DNA from: an uncultured Planctomycetales bacterium
Lineage (GTDB): Bacteria > Omnitrophota > Gorgyraeia > Gygaellales > Profunditerraquicolaceae
DNA: 64,000 nt
Direction of reading: 5' to 3'
Assembly (NCBI GenBank): GCA_964645795.1
Contig: CAZYCL010000001.1
Coordinates: forward strand, 223,194 to 287,193
In this document: positions 1 through 9,484 of the stretch, piece by piece
How the letters are laid out: each line of letters opens with the position of its first letter
Position numbering within the stretch: the first letter of the stretch is position 1
Translations under genes and position numbers: made by a program
The notes under the pieces: generated by a model
The model's database searches: none
What the model was told of the DNA's origin: nothing
What the model saw: the letters and a program-made list of their open reading frames with translations, nothing else

Positions 1-801
1 TTATTCATGCGGCTTCTGCTCTATATTTATATAATCCGTAAAATCTATCTTTTCCCCGATCTCCTGCTTGACCGTACGGATGCGATCAGGCACGTAGGGA
101 TGGGTTTTAAAGTATGATTTCGGCCGCAGAGGCTGCCTGCGGTAGATATCCTGGAGTTTTTCCAGGAACCTTATCATGCCGCGCGGATCGTATCCGGCAA
201 GAGAGGCGTAACGCGCACCGAGCTGATCAGCCAGAAGCTCGTCTTCCCGGCTGTAACCCAATAACAGCTCCACAAAAAGGGCGTCGCTTGCCGCGCCGAT
301 CTTGCCGGAGTCGGGCGCCTGCGAAACCAGGATCCTGAACAGGGAAAATCCCTGCAGGGCCTGCAGCTTCTTTATGCTGTGGCGGGCTACGATGTGGCCT
401 ACTTCGTGGGCGATAACACAAGCCAACTCATCGTCACTGGAAGCTTTTTCGATCAGCCCCTTGTTGATATAAACGAACCCGCCCGGAAGTGAAACCGCGT
501 TGACCTCATCGTCCTCCAGGACCTTAAAAGTGTAATCGATCTCTTTGCGGTCGCTTACCGCGGCGATCTTCCTGCCTATATCCTCGACCCTTTTCTGATA
601 AATGGGGTCATCCGCCAGCTTATACTCCTTTTCCACCTCCTTGGCGATAGCCTGACCCAGACGCACCTCCCTGTCCGTGCTGTAGTAATACATCTCCTCT
701 TCTCCCGTCACGATATTATATTCGGTAGAGCAGCCGGACAAGGCCAGGCATAAGGAAAAATTAATGGCAAGGAAAAAAGGCATGAAGATCTTCAGCTTCA
801 T
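1..801 (-). CDS. M48-family zinc metallopeptidase, predicted lipoprotein. It is translated in the same continuous ORF as the upstream Maf domain.
   Basis: The ORF 1..1365 has no internal stop. From the internal Met (codon 799-801) the protein reads MKLKIFMPFFLAINFSLCLALSGCS, a signal peptide plus lipobox. Further on are the HEVGH zinc-binding motif (VIAHEVGHIVARH) and a C-terminal region typical of BepA/YcaL-like M48 peptidases. Confidence 0.6.
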   Translation of the reverse strand: MKLKIFMPFFLAINFSLCLALSGCSTEYNIVTGEEEMYYYSTDREVRLGQAIAKEVEKEYKLADDPIYQKRVEDIGRKIAAVSDRKEIDYTFKVLEDDEVNAVSLPGGFVYINKGLIEKASSDDELACVIAHEVGHIVARHSIKKLQALQGFSLFRILVSQAPDSGKIGAASDALFVELLLGYSREDELLADQLGARYASLAGYDPRGMIRFLEKLQDIYRRQPLRPKSYFKTHPYVPDRIRTVKQEIGEKIDFTDYINIEQKPHE

Positions 802-1365
802 CCTCTCAAGCACAAGATAAAGCCTTCTCAGGGGCAGGCCCACGACATTATAATAACAACCGTCTATGCGCCGGATAAACACCGCCCCCCAACCCTGGAT
901 ATCGAAGCTTCCGGCCTTATCCAACGGCGAAACCTTCCTGAAATAATCGTCGATCTGGCGCTCGCGCAGCCTGTCCATATAGACGGTGGTTTTTTCACAG
1001 CCGAGCCGGATCTTGTTGTTTTCCTTGTCGATCACGGCTATGCCGCTATAGACAACCTGCGGCCTGGAGGAGATCTTTTTAAGCATCCTGCGCGCATCTT
1101 TAAGGTTGCGGGGCTTGCCGAATATCCTGCCGTCTTGGACGGTTATGGTGTCGGCAGCGATGATGATGCCGCTTTTGACCTTTTCAGACGCGGATTTGGC
1201 TTTTAGCAGCGCGTTATGCTTGACGAGCTCAGGGAAAGAATATCCGCCTCGGCCGGTCTTTTCTGTAATGTGCGTCGGGATGACCGTAAACTCCAACCCC
1301 AGGCGTTTTAACAGATTCTTTCTGGGTATGGATTGCGAAGCCAGGTATATTTTCCTTTTCTTCAT
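802..1365 (-). CDS. maf: Maf-like nucleoside triphosphate pyrophosphatase (septum-formation-associated Maf family), N-terminal part of the fused ORF
   Basis: The N-terminus KIYLASQSIPRKNLLKRLGLEF and the later segments SGIIIAADTIT and VVGLPL are Maf-family signatures. The domain ends at about ...LVLERM and runs straight on into the M48 reading frame. Confidence 0.65.
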
Positions 1366-1437
1366 GAGTTCTCGGGAATTCTCAGGGACGGTTCTTGGGA
1401 CAATCTAAAAGTATCCCCATAAAGAAGGCATTCGGCC

Positions 1438-2745
1438 TCACCGGATAGGCCGCTGCCCCTTTTTGCGGGACAGTTCTAAATCAGCTTGAGAACCGTCCCT
1501 GCTATTACAGGCGCTTGCTCCGGCCAGGTACCCGGTTGAAAAAGCCGCCTGAAGGTTAAAACCCCCGGTATCGGCGTCCAGATCGATCATCTCACCGCAA
1601 AAATAAAGCCCGCTGATTATCCTGGATTCCATGGTGCGCGGATTAATCTGTTTAAGCGAGACCCCTCCCCGGGTGATCATTGCTTCTTCTATGGGTTCGC
1701 CGCCGACAACCGTAAGCCTGAGGTTTTTTAACAGCTTGATTATAGCAAATCTTTCCTGTTGTGTAACCTGATTTGATGCCTTGGAAGGAGCGATCTTAAC
1801 AAGCGAAGTAAAAACTTCCGCCAGGCGCTGAGGGAGGAAATCTTTGAGAAGGTTTTTAAGCGATTTGTTGGGGGCGGCGATTATCTGCCTCAAAATCCTG
1901 GAGTCAAGCTGTTCGGCGCTCAATGCCGGCTTCAGGTCTATCTCGGCAAAAACCGGCTCCTCATATTCAAACCAATCTAAGACCTGCCCGCTCAGCGACA
2001 GGACCAGCGGGCCGGAGATGCCTTTACGCGTAAAAAGCAGCTCTCCTACTGCCGATATCACTTCTTTTTTTACGCAGGAGAACTTAACCGTTATATTCTT
2101 AAGGGTCAGGCCTTCAAGACGGCGCACAAACGCCTCTTTTATTACCAGCGGCACCAGCCCCGGACGAAGCTTCACCAGGTCGTGACCGCAGCTTCCGGCC
2201 AGCCTTATGCCGTCGCCTGTTGAGCCGGTAAAGGCATAAGAGACCCCGCCGGTAGCCAGGATCACCCTGTCAGCCGCCAGCTTCCTGTTGTCCTCCAGGA
2301 CCACTCCTGCCGCGCGCCGGCCTTCAAGAATGAGCTCTTTGACCGCGCAGCTTCTCATGAGCTTAACGCCGCAGGCCTTAAGCTCTTTCTCAAGGACAAT
2401 AAGCACGCTCTTTGAGCTGTCGGTAGCGGGAAAGACCCGCATCTGCCTTTCTACCTTAAGCTTTAATCCCCTCTCCTGAAAGAAAAGCATAAGCTCGGGG
2501 TAAAATAAATGCTTAAAAGCATCCCTGAGGAACTGCCCCGAGCGGGAGAAGCGTAAAAAAAACGAATCGATATCGGTTGTATTGGTCAGATTGCAGCGCC
2601 CCTTGCCGCTTAAAAGGAGCTTTCTGCCGAGGGTGGGGTTTCTTTCGATAAGAGTTACGTCCTGGCCAAGCTGGCCTGCCCTGATGGCTGCCATCATGCC
2701 TGCGGGGCCGGCACCTACGACAATGATCTTTAATTTATGGCTCAA
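1438..2745 (-). CDS. NAD(P)/FAD-dependent oxidoreductase, HI0933/YhiN (BaiN-like) flavoprotein family
   Basis: The N-terminal Rossmann motif is IIVVGAGPAGMMAAIRAGQLGQDVTLIER. Length and architecture fit the HI0933-like family. The last ~25 aa look like a non-conserved tail. Confidence 0.65.
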   Translation of the reverse strand: MSHKLKIIVVGAGPAGMMAAIRAGQLGQDVTLIERNPTLGRKLLLSGKGRCNLTNTTDIDSFFLRFSRSGQFLRDAFKHLFYPELMLFFQERGLKLKVERQMRVFPATDSSKSVLIVLEKELKACGVKLMRSCAVKELILEGRRAAGVVLEDNRKLAADRVILATGGVSYAFTGSTGDGIRLAGSCGHDLVKLRPGLVPLVIKEAFVRRLEGLTLKNITVKFSCVKKEVISAVGELLFTRKGISGPLVLSLSGQVLDWFEYEEPVFAEIDLKPALSAEQLDSRILRQIIAAPNKSLKNLLKDFLPQRLAEVFTSLVKIAPSKASNQVTQQERFAIIKLLKNLRLTVVGGEPIEEAMITRGGVSLKQINPRTMESRIISGLYFCGEMIDLDADTGGFNLQAAFSTGYLAGASACNSRDGSQADLELSRKKGQRPIR

Positions 2746-2749
2746 ATAT

Positions 2750-3313
2750 CTATAATCCGAAGTCTTTGATGGAAAATATGGACACCAGCTTCACGCCGGC
2801 ATTCTCCAGATTCTCTTTAGCGCCTTCTTCCCTGTCTACGATGACGATTGCCTCCGCTACCAGGACGCCGGCCCTCTCCAGCGCTTGCTTTGCTTCTATA
2901 AGAGCTTTGCCCGTAGTAGCCACGTCATCGACGATGACAGCCTTAGCGCCTTTTTGCAACGCCGGCCCTTCGATCTGGCGCTGCGTGCCGTGCTCTTTTG
3001 CAAATTTACGCACGATAAAAGTCTTAAAGCCGGCTTGCCGCTGGAACCCGAGGCAGGCCAGCGCCCCTACGATCGGGTCCGCGCCTAATGTCGGACCGCC
3101 GATGGCGCAAATACCCCTGCCCTTGACCATCTCATATATGATGCTGGCCACAAGGAACGCGCCTTCGGGCTCGAGCGTTATCACTCTGCCGTCAAGGTAA
3201 TAGCTGCTTTTCCTGCCGGAAGAAAGAAGGAAATCGCCCCTCTTCAGGGCCTGTGCCTCCAGCAGATGCTTTAGCCTTTTTTTCAACTCGCTGATATCAA
3301 TATCTTTAAGCAT
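2750..3313 (-). CDS. pyrE: orotate phosphoribosyltransferase
   Basis: 187 aa. The PRPP-binding motif VIVDDVATTGKAL is present, and the N-terminal region matches the short PyrE type. Confidence 0.8.
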   Translation of the reverse strand: MLKDIDISELKKRLKHLLEAQALKRGDFLLSSGRKSSYYLDGRVITLEPEGAFLVASIIYEMVKGRGICAIGGPTLGADPIVGALACLGFQRQAGFKTFIVRKFAKEHGTQRQIEGPALQKGAKAVIVDDVATTGKALIEAKQALERAGVLVAEAIVIVDREEGAKENLENAGVKLVSIFSIKDFGL

Positions 3314-3376
3314 GATTAAGGTATTTTACTATGGGAAGCGCGCGCTGTCAAACGATTAAGAAGCCCAGTAGCAACA

Positions 3377-3405
3377 TTGACAATAATTATATATGCTGTT
3401 ATCAT
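3377..3405 (+). promoter_or_regulatory. sigma70-type promoter (TTGACA-N17-TATCAT) positioned to give a leaderless comFC transcript
   Basis: TTGACA at 3377-3382, an exact 17-nt spacer, and TATCAT at 3400-3405. Only 6 nt separate the -10 from the ATG at 3412. Confidence 0.5.
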
Positions 3406-3411
3406 ATACGC

Positions 3412-4137
3412 ATGTTTGGCGGCCTGCTAAAAGGTCTGGTGGACCTGGTATATCCCAGGATATGCCTCTCCTGTAAAGAAAAGCTCCGGCAACGCCAACG
3501 GGAGAGGCTTGTCTGCGACAAGTGCCTCAACGGCATCAAAAAAAACGTGCCTCCTTTTTGTCAGGCCTGCGGCAGGCAGCTGGAACGCAAATCCGGGCTA
3601 AAGAACATCTGCCGGGATTGCGCCAGGAAAAGGCTTGCCTTTGACCGGGCCTTCTCCCCTTGCGTTTACGAAGGCCTGACCCGCCAGCTTTTGCATAAGT
3701 TCAAGTACCAGGGCAAAGAACATCTGGGTTTTGCGCTCAGCCAGATAATGGTGGATTTTATAAAAGAATATAGCCTGCCGATGGATTTTATCGACCTGCT
3801 TATTCCCGTGCCGCTGCACAAATCGCGGCTAAGGGAGCGCGAGTTCAACCAGGCGCTCGTATTGGCAAGGCATATCGCCTGCGCCTTTAACAAGCCCGTG
3901 CTGGAAAACTGCCTTAAAAGAGGCCGTCATACCAGAAAACAGGCGGATCTGGAGATGGACGAGCGTTTTGCCAACGTCGCGGGAAGCTTCAGGGTAGCCG
4001 AAGAATCCCCCATAAAAGGCAAAAACCTGCTTCTCATCGACGACATATTGACCACCGGCGCTACTGCTTCGGAGGCAGCAGCCGCCTTAAAAGGGGCGGG
4101 GGCAAATATTGTTTTCGTGCTTACCCTTGCCAGCTAA
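3412..4137 (+). CDS. comFC: ComF family protein (double zinc ribbon plus phosphoribosyltransferase domain)
   Basis: CxxC...CxxC motifs (CLSCKEK, CDKC, CQAC, CRDC) are followed by a PRT-type motif, LLLIDDILTTGATA. The start is moved to the internal Met at 3412 because the upstream part of the ATG-ORF covers the promoter. Confidence 0.6.
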   Translation: MFGGLLKGLVDLVYPRICLSCKEKLRQRQRERLVCDKCLNGIKKNVPPFCQACGRQLERKSGLKNICRDCARKRLAFDRAFSPCVYEGLTRQLLHKFKYQGKEHLGFALSQIMVDFIKEYSLPMDFIDLLIPVPLHKSRLREREFNQALVLARHIACAFNKPVLENCLKRGRHTRKQADLEMDERFANVAGSFRVAEESPIKGKNLLLIDDILTTGATASEAAAALKGAGANIVFVLTLAS

Positions 4138-4142
4138 ATCAA

Positions 4143-5240
4143 ATGAAAATACTGCGCAACTATCTGCTTAAAGAATTCACGGGCCCGCTGCTTCTATCCC
4201 TGGGGGTGCTTACTTTCGTAATGATCCTGGGCAACCTCGTCAAGATTGCGGACATGGTCATAAACAAGGGGATCGATTTGCGCAGTGTAGCCAAGCTTTT
4301 CCTTTTCATGATGCCTGCCCTGCTCAAATACACCCTGCCCATATCCGTGTTGATGGCGGTGCTCTTAAGCCTGGGCAGGCTCTCCGGAGATAATGAAATA
4401 GTCGCCATCAGGGCCTCAGGCATCAACCTGTTGAGGCTGGTATTGCCCATGACGCTGATAGGCCTTGTCTTAAGCCTGTTGCTGGTGATCTTCAACGACC
4501 GCGTCATACCTTATGCGCATTTTGCCACGCGTAAGACCCTGGTCGAGGTAGGGATAAAGAACCCTGCGGCAGCGCTCGAACCCGGCGTATTCATAAACTC
4601 TTTTGACAAGTATGTGCTGTTCATCTATCATATCGACCAGAACAGGCTTACCAACGTGCGTATTTATGAGCCTCAGGGCGAAAACCGGCCCACGCGCACG
4701 ATCGTGGCCAAAAGGGGGGAGTTCATCGCCATACCGGAGAAGAACATGATAAAATTAAAGCTCATCGACGGAACAAGCGATGAGCCGGACCCGGAAAACC
4801 CCAATAACTTTTACAAATTGAACTTCAAAACCTTCTTTATCTCCATGAATTTAAGCCAGATGCAAAACAGCCAGGATATAGAGAAAAAAGCCAGCGACAT
4901 GACCATTAACGAGCTTCGGGCCCAGATAGGCAAGCTGCGCGCCGAATCCATCGACGCCACGCCCCTGGTAACAGAGATAAACGAGAAGGTCGCCCTGGCA
5001 TTCTCATGCCTGGTCTTCGTGATACTTGGCATACCCCTGGCGGTGATCACCCGCCGCAGGGAGAAATCCATCAACTTCGGCATCGCCTTCGTGATAATCG
5101 GATTGTATTACCTGGCCCTCATCGGCTTTGAGGCGCTGGGATTACAGGGATTTATGAGGCCCGAGATTGCCATGTGGATGCCTAACATCCTGTTCGGGGC
5201 TGTCGGTATATTTCTTATCTACAGGTTATGCGAATCCTAG
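4143..5240 (+). CDS. lptF: LPS export ABC permease, LptF/LptG (YjgP/YjgQ) family
   Basis: 365 aa with N-terminal MKILRNYLLKEF..., the multi-TM topology and the central periplasmic domain typical of LptF/G. It overlaps its paralog downstream. Confidence 0.6.
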   Translation: MKILRNYLLKEFTGPLLLSLGVLTFVMILGNLVKIADMVINKGIDLRSVAKLFLFMMPALLKYTLPISVLMAVLLSLGRLSGDNEIVAIRASGINLLRLVLPMTLIGLVLSLLLVIFNDRVIPYAHFATRKTLVEVGIKNPAAALEPGVFINSFDKYVLFIYHIDQNRLTNVRIYEPQGENRPTRTIVAKRGEFIAIPEKNMIKLKLIDGTSDEPDPENPNNFYKLNFKTFFISMNLSQMQNSQDIEKKASDMTINELRAQIGKLRAESIDATPLVTEINEKVALAFSCLVFVILGIPLAVITRRREKSINFGIAFVIIGLYYLALIGFEALGLQGFMRPEIAMWMPNILFGAVGIFLIYRLCES

Positions 5241-6325
5241 ACCGCTATATATTAAAGGGTACGATACAGATATTCCTCGGCTGCCTGTTCACCTTTTTCC
5301 TCCTATATATAGTCATAGATATATTCGCCCATCTTGACAATATCCTGAAACACCAGGTAAGCCTCCTGACCCTCAAGCAGTACTATGCCTCTTATCTGCC
5401 GATCATCTTCGTGCAGGTCTCCCCCATCGCCTGTTTGTTGAGCACCATTTACACCTTCGGCAGGCTCAACCGCGATAACGAGATGATCGCCATGCGCTCT
5501 TCAGGGCTGTCGATATTCAATATTTCCAGGACCGCCCTGTTGTTCGCACTGACGATCAGCACCCTGGTCTTCTGGACGAATGAAAAGCTTGTCCCCTCAT
5601 CGCTATTGAGCAATGAAAGCATAAAAACAAGCATGGAATCCGGACGCTCGAAAGAAAATCAACAGGAGGAAGTAATCACTAACCTCTGCGTTTACGGCCT
5701 GAAAAACCGCCTTTACTTCATAAACAAATTCTTGGTCAAAACCACCACCATGCAGGGTGTGATAATCCTGGAGCAGGACGAACATCAAAACGTGGTGAAA
5801 AAGATCGTGGCTAACAAGGGGACCTATTCCGACGGACTCTGGACCTTCTACCAGTGCGTGACCTATGAGTTTGACGAAAAAGGGCAGATCGCCTCCGAAC
5901 CGGTATTCCTGCAGGAAGAGATCATGACCATCATCGAAACCCCCCAGGATTTCCTGAAGCAAAGACAGAGGCCGGAGTTCATGAATATCGCTAATCTCAA
6001 AAATTATATCTGGAAGCTGGATAGAAGCGGGGCAAGCAACCTTGCCAAGAACTTCAAGGTCGACCTCTATCAGCGCTACGCCATGCCCCTGACAAGCATA
6101 GTCATCACGCTCCTGGGGATCCCTTTCTCGCTTATCATGCGCAGGCGCGCGACGGGCCTATCTTCCGTGGGGATATCGATAATGGTAGGATTTTTGTATT
6201 ATGTGGTCAACGCCGTGAGCCTGGCCCTCGGGAAAGCAGGCCTGCTTTCTCCGCTTCTTTCCGCATCCCTGGCCCATATCATAGGGCTTGCCTTCGGCCT
6301 CTATTTAATCAGCAGGCTTCCCTAA
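5228..6325 (+). CDS. lptG: LPS export ABC permease, LptF/LptG family (second paralog)
   Basis: 365 aa with N-terminal MRILDRYILKG..., same family and same architecture. Adjacent paralogous pairs are typical of lptF-lptG. Confidence 0.6.
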   Translation: MRILDRYILKGTIQIFLGCLFTFFLLYIVIDIFAHLDNILKHQVSLLTLKQYYASYLPIIFVQVSPIACLLSTIYTFGRLNRDNEMIAMRSSGLSIFNISRTALLFALTISTLVFWTNEKLVPSSLLSNESIKTSMESGRSKENQQEEVITNLCVYGLKNRLYFINKFLVKTTTMQGVIILEQDEHQNVVKKIVANKGTYSDGLWTFYQCVTYEFDEKGQIASEPVFLQEEIMTIIETPQDFLKQRQRPEFMNIANLKNYIWKLDRSGASNLAKNFKVDLYQRYAMPLTSIVITLLGIPFSLIMRRRATGLSSVGISIMVGFLYYVVNAVSLALGKAGLLSPLLSASLAHIIGLAFGLYLISRLP

Positions 6326-6336
6326 CCCGTCCGCGA

Positions 6337-7461
6337 TCAGACGTAGACCCTCGGAATGCGATTGCCCAGGCCGCAGACTATCTCATAGGAGATCGTAGCA
6401 GAAAGCCGGGCCAGTTCTTCGGCGGATATTACCTGCCTGCCCTGGCTGCCGATGAGCACCACCTCATCCCCTATCTTTACGGCAAGATCGCCTGCATCGA
6501 CCATGATCTGGTCCATGCATATCCTGCCGCTTATCCTGAGCCTCCTGCCCGCGATCAGAACCGGGGCCTTGCCGGAAAGGTTGCGGGGATAACCGTCTCC
6601 GTAGCCAACCGGAAGGGTCGCTATATTGGTTTGGCGCCGGCAGGCGTAGGTGCCGCCGTAGCTGATAGGCGTGCTCCGGGGAACTCTTTTTACATAGATG
6701 ACCTGTGTTTTAAGGCTTAACACCGGTTTTAGTTTTATGGAAAGCCCGGGTTTCGGGTAGAGGCCGTATACTGCCAATCCGGGCCTGACCATATTGAAAT
6801 GCCCCTCTTCATAGCCTATTAACCCCATGCTGTTGGCGGCGTGGGCCAAAGGCAGACGGATGCCTGCTGACTCAAGGGATTTCAACAATGAAATAAACAG
6901 GTCTATTTGTTTGATTGTAAAAGCCCTGTCGCTGTCCGCGCACGAAAAGTGAGTAAAAACCCCCTCAAGCTCTATATTCCTTAAAGCGGATATGCTTTTA
7001 GCCAGGGACAAGGCATCCTGCACCATAACCCCTATCCTGCCCATCCCTGTGTCCACCTTAAGATGGAGCCTGCATAGCCGGTTTAAAGACACGGCTTTCT
7101 TGCTTAGGAGCCGCGCAAACCCAATATCGCAAACCGTGGGAGTCAACCTGTATTCAAATAAAGGGGGGATATCCCTGGGAAGGACCAGCCCCAGAACAAG
7201 AACGGGCTTTCTTATCCCGGCCTCTCTCAATCTTATGCCTTCATCTATTGAGGCCACGCCAAACCAGTCAACCCCTGAAGAAGAAAGCTTCCTGGCTACG
7301 GGGATCATGCCGTGGCCGTATGCGTCGGCCTTTACCGTGACCAAAAGCTTGACCCCTGGATTAAGGAGCTTTTTGAGCTGATAAAAATTGTGCCCAAGGT
7401 TTCCCAGGTTTATCTCTGCCCACGTCGGCCTGTATCCGATCAGCTTACTTTTTGGCAGCAT
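6337..7461 (-). CDS. alr: alanine racemase
   Basis: PLP-binding motif VKADAYGHG; 374 aa; alanine racemase fold. Confidence 0.8.
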   Translation of the reverse strand: MLPKSKLIGYRPTWAEINLGNLGHNFYQLKKLLNPGVKLLVTVKADAYGHGMIPVARKLSSSGVDWFGVASIDEGIRLREAGIRKPVLVLGLVLPRDIPPLFEYRLTPTVCDIGFARLLSKKAVSLNRLCRLHLKVDTGMGRIGVMVQDALSLAKSISALRNIELEGVFTHFSCADSDRAFTIKQIDLFISLLKSLESAGIRLPLAHAANSMGLIGYEEGHFNMVRPGLAVYGLYPKPGLSIKLKPVLSLKTQVIYVKRVPRSTPISYGGTYACRRQTNIATLPVGYGDGYPRNLSGKAPVLIAGRRLRISGRICMDQIMVDAGDLAVKIGDEVVLIGSQGRQVISAEELARLSATISYEIVCGLGNRIPRVYV

Positions 7462-8128
7462 CGCATCCTCTTATCTGGCATTCTTTGGGATAAAGGTACA
7501 CCGGCTTTATCTGTCCGGCAAACTTCCTCCTGGCTATTCTATCCTTGGCCAGCTCAATTAAACTCCAGCCTTTAGGGTACCAGCAATCCCTGTCCAAAGT
7601 CAGGGCCGCCGGGGCCTTCTTTGTGACCGCGTCTTTATGCAGGGCCAGGGCATCTCCGGTAACGACCGTATCGTTATCGATCATGCCCAGCAGCTCTTTT
7701 AAGCCCACAAGCCTCTCGGGCTGCTGCCTGAGCAGCCGTCCGTTCTTTCTTTTATATACCCCGCAGTAAAAAAGTTCCCTTCTGGCGTCCATTGCCGCCA
7801 CCGTTTTCTTGCCGGCGTGCATATTATTATTGGCGATACTTTCAAGCGTGGGTATCCCGATCGCCTTTTTACCGGCGGCCAAATTCAGCCCTTTTGCCGC
7901 AGCCAGGCCTATGCGTATGCCGGTGAACGACCCGGGCCCACATCCGCAGGCAAAATAATCGAAGTCTGAGACCTTAAGAGACAGTGCCCCGAGTATCCTT
8001 TCCAGGGTAACGGCCAGAAGCCCCGCCAGCTTCCTGCCGGTCTCAAGACTGTATTCATAAAGACAGCCGTCTTTATAGACGGCGACGACCATGAGTTTTG
8101 TCGAAGTATCGATACCAAGAATATTCAT
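7445..8128 (-). CDS. tsaB: tRNA threonylcarbamoyladenosine (t6A) biosynthesis protein TsaB (YeaZ)
   Basis: N-terminal ILGIDTSTK..., ~227 aa, inactive Kae1 paralog family. Sits next to tsaE. Confidence 0.7.
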   Translation of the reverse strand: MNILGIDTSTKLMVVAVYKDGCLYEYSLETGRKLAGLLAVTLERILGALSLKVSDFDYFACGCGPGSFTGIRIGLAAAKGLNLAAGKKAIGIPTLESIANNNMHAGKKTVAAMDARRELFYCGVYKRKNGRLLRQQPERLVGLKELLGMIDNDTVVTGDALALHKDAVTKKAPAALTLDRDCWYPKGWSLIELAKDRIARRKFAGQIKPVYLYPKECQIRGCDAAKK

Positions 8129-8580
8129 CTTATGGAATCAAGCAGCCTTTTATAGCGTCTTCCGAAAGCGCGAAAGCTTACTTGGCGCCCATTTTGTGAA
8201 ATTATGCGTATCTGAACGCTTAAATATTCTGCAGGCAGAAGGAACTTAAGCCTTTCCGGCCACTCTACGACACTCACCCCTTGCCCGAAAAAGTACTCCT
8301 CATAACCCAGGGCCTCGATATCACCGGGAGAGTTCAGCCTGTAAAGGTCGAAATGGTAGAACGGCAACCTTGCCTGCTCATACTCGCGGATAATCACAAA
8401 GGTCGGGCTTAAGATATCGTGCTTATCCAGGCCTAAGCCTTCGGCTATGCCTTTGGTAAATACGGTCTTGCCGCTGCCAAGCTCGCCGCTCACCAGCACT
8501 ATATCTCCGGCTAAAAGATGCCCGGAGAGCCTGCGGCCTAATCTCATTGTATCATGACACGAAGCGCAAACCAACCGCAT
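8125..8580 (-). CDS. tsaE: tRNA t6A biosynthesis ATPase TsaE (YjeE)
   Basis: P-loop motif SGELGSGKT. The start is placed at the internal Met (MRLVCAS...) so that the gene does not overlap the thiL stop. Confidence 0.65.
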   Translation of the reverse strand: MRLVCASCHDTMRLGRRLSGHLLAGDIVLVSGELGSGKTVFTKGIAEGLGLDKHDILSPTFVIIREYEQARLPFYHFDLYRLNSPGDIEALGYEEYFFGQGVSVVEWPERLKFLLPAEYLSVQIRIISQNGRQVSFRAFGRRYKRLLDSIR

Positions 8581-8581
8581 T

Positions 8582-9484
8582 TTAAAAATGCCTCCAGCCG
8601 CCCGCAGGATCCAGGGGCAGCTGGCGGCCATGCCTGTTTATGAGCTTGAATCCCATATCCTCCTTGCAAACCCGGCCGATCACTGAAAACTTGTGCCTGG
8701 CCGAGCCCGTCAGCCTCTTGGCCTGCCCGGCCGACAAAGTAAAAAGCAGCTCAAAATCCTCGCCCATATAGAGCGCTTCTGCAAGAGAATGCGCCTCTCT
8801 TTCCAGAGGTATCAACTCTTCATATAACTGCGCCCCGACGTTACCGGCCTTAAGAATATGGCCGAGGTCCTGGACGAGGCCGTCAGAGACGTCGATCATG
8901 GAAGTTATCTTGAAGTTCTTTGCAAGATAACGGGCTTGCCGGATACGGGGGCTAAATTTAAGGTGCTTGCCGCGGATAGACCCTCCCAGCGCCCCGGTGA
9001 CGGCTATAAGATCGCCGGGCCTTGCCCCTTTTCTCAAGGTCAACAGTTTCTTCTCCACGGTCCCCAGCATGCTTACGTCAATGTGGATCTTGTCGGAGCG
9101 GCTTATGTCGCCGCCGATAACGCTAATGCTGAATTCCCGGGCTGCCTGCGCCATCCCCTCGCAGAGCCTGTCAGCCATCTCTACAGTCGCGCGCCTGGGC
9201 AGCGCCAGCGAGACCAGCGCATAAGCCGGCAGGCCTGCGCAGGAAGCGATATCGCTTGCACAAACCCCCAGGGCCTTCCTGCCGACAAGCCGCAGGTCGT
9301 CTTTACGGGTGAAATCCACTCCTTCTACCAGCATATCGCAGGTCGCCAGCTGATAATGGAGTTTGTCGTATTTTAAAACCGCGCAGTCATCGCCCGGGCC
9401 GACGACTACTGACGAGCTGCACCTGAAACCCCGCTTTATGCGCTCGATAAGGCCGAATTCTCCTATTTTACTTATCAGCATCAT
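8582..9484 (-). CDS. thiL: thiamine-monophosphate kinase
   Basis: AIR-synthase-related fold; N-terminal GEFGLIERI and GDDCAV motifs. Confidence 0.7.
   Translation of the reverse strand: MMLISKIGEFGLIERIKRGFRCSSSVVVGPGDDCAVLKYDKLHYQLATCDMLVEGVDFTRKDDLRLVGRKALGVCASDIASCAGLPAYALVSLALPRRATVEMADRLCEGMAQAAREFSISVIGGDISRSDKIHIDVSMLGTVEKKLLTLRKGARPGDLIAVTGALGGSIRGKHLKFSPRIRQARYLAKNFKITSMIDVSDGLVQDLGHILKAGNVGAQLYEELIPLEREAHSLAEALYMGEDFELLFTLSAGQAKRLTGSARHKFSVIGRVCKEDMGFKLINRHGRQLPLDPAGGWRHF

Noticed and set aside
114-421. Small ORFs (74 and 64 aa) overlapping the M48 peptidase gene on other frames
   Set aside because: They overlap a conserved CDS and are Arg/Pro-rich, so they are shadow ORFs.
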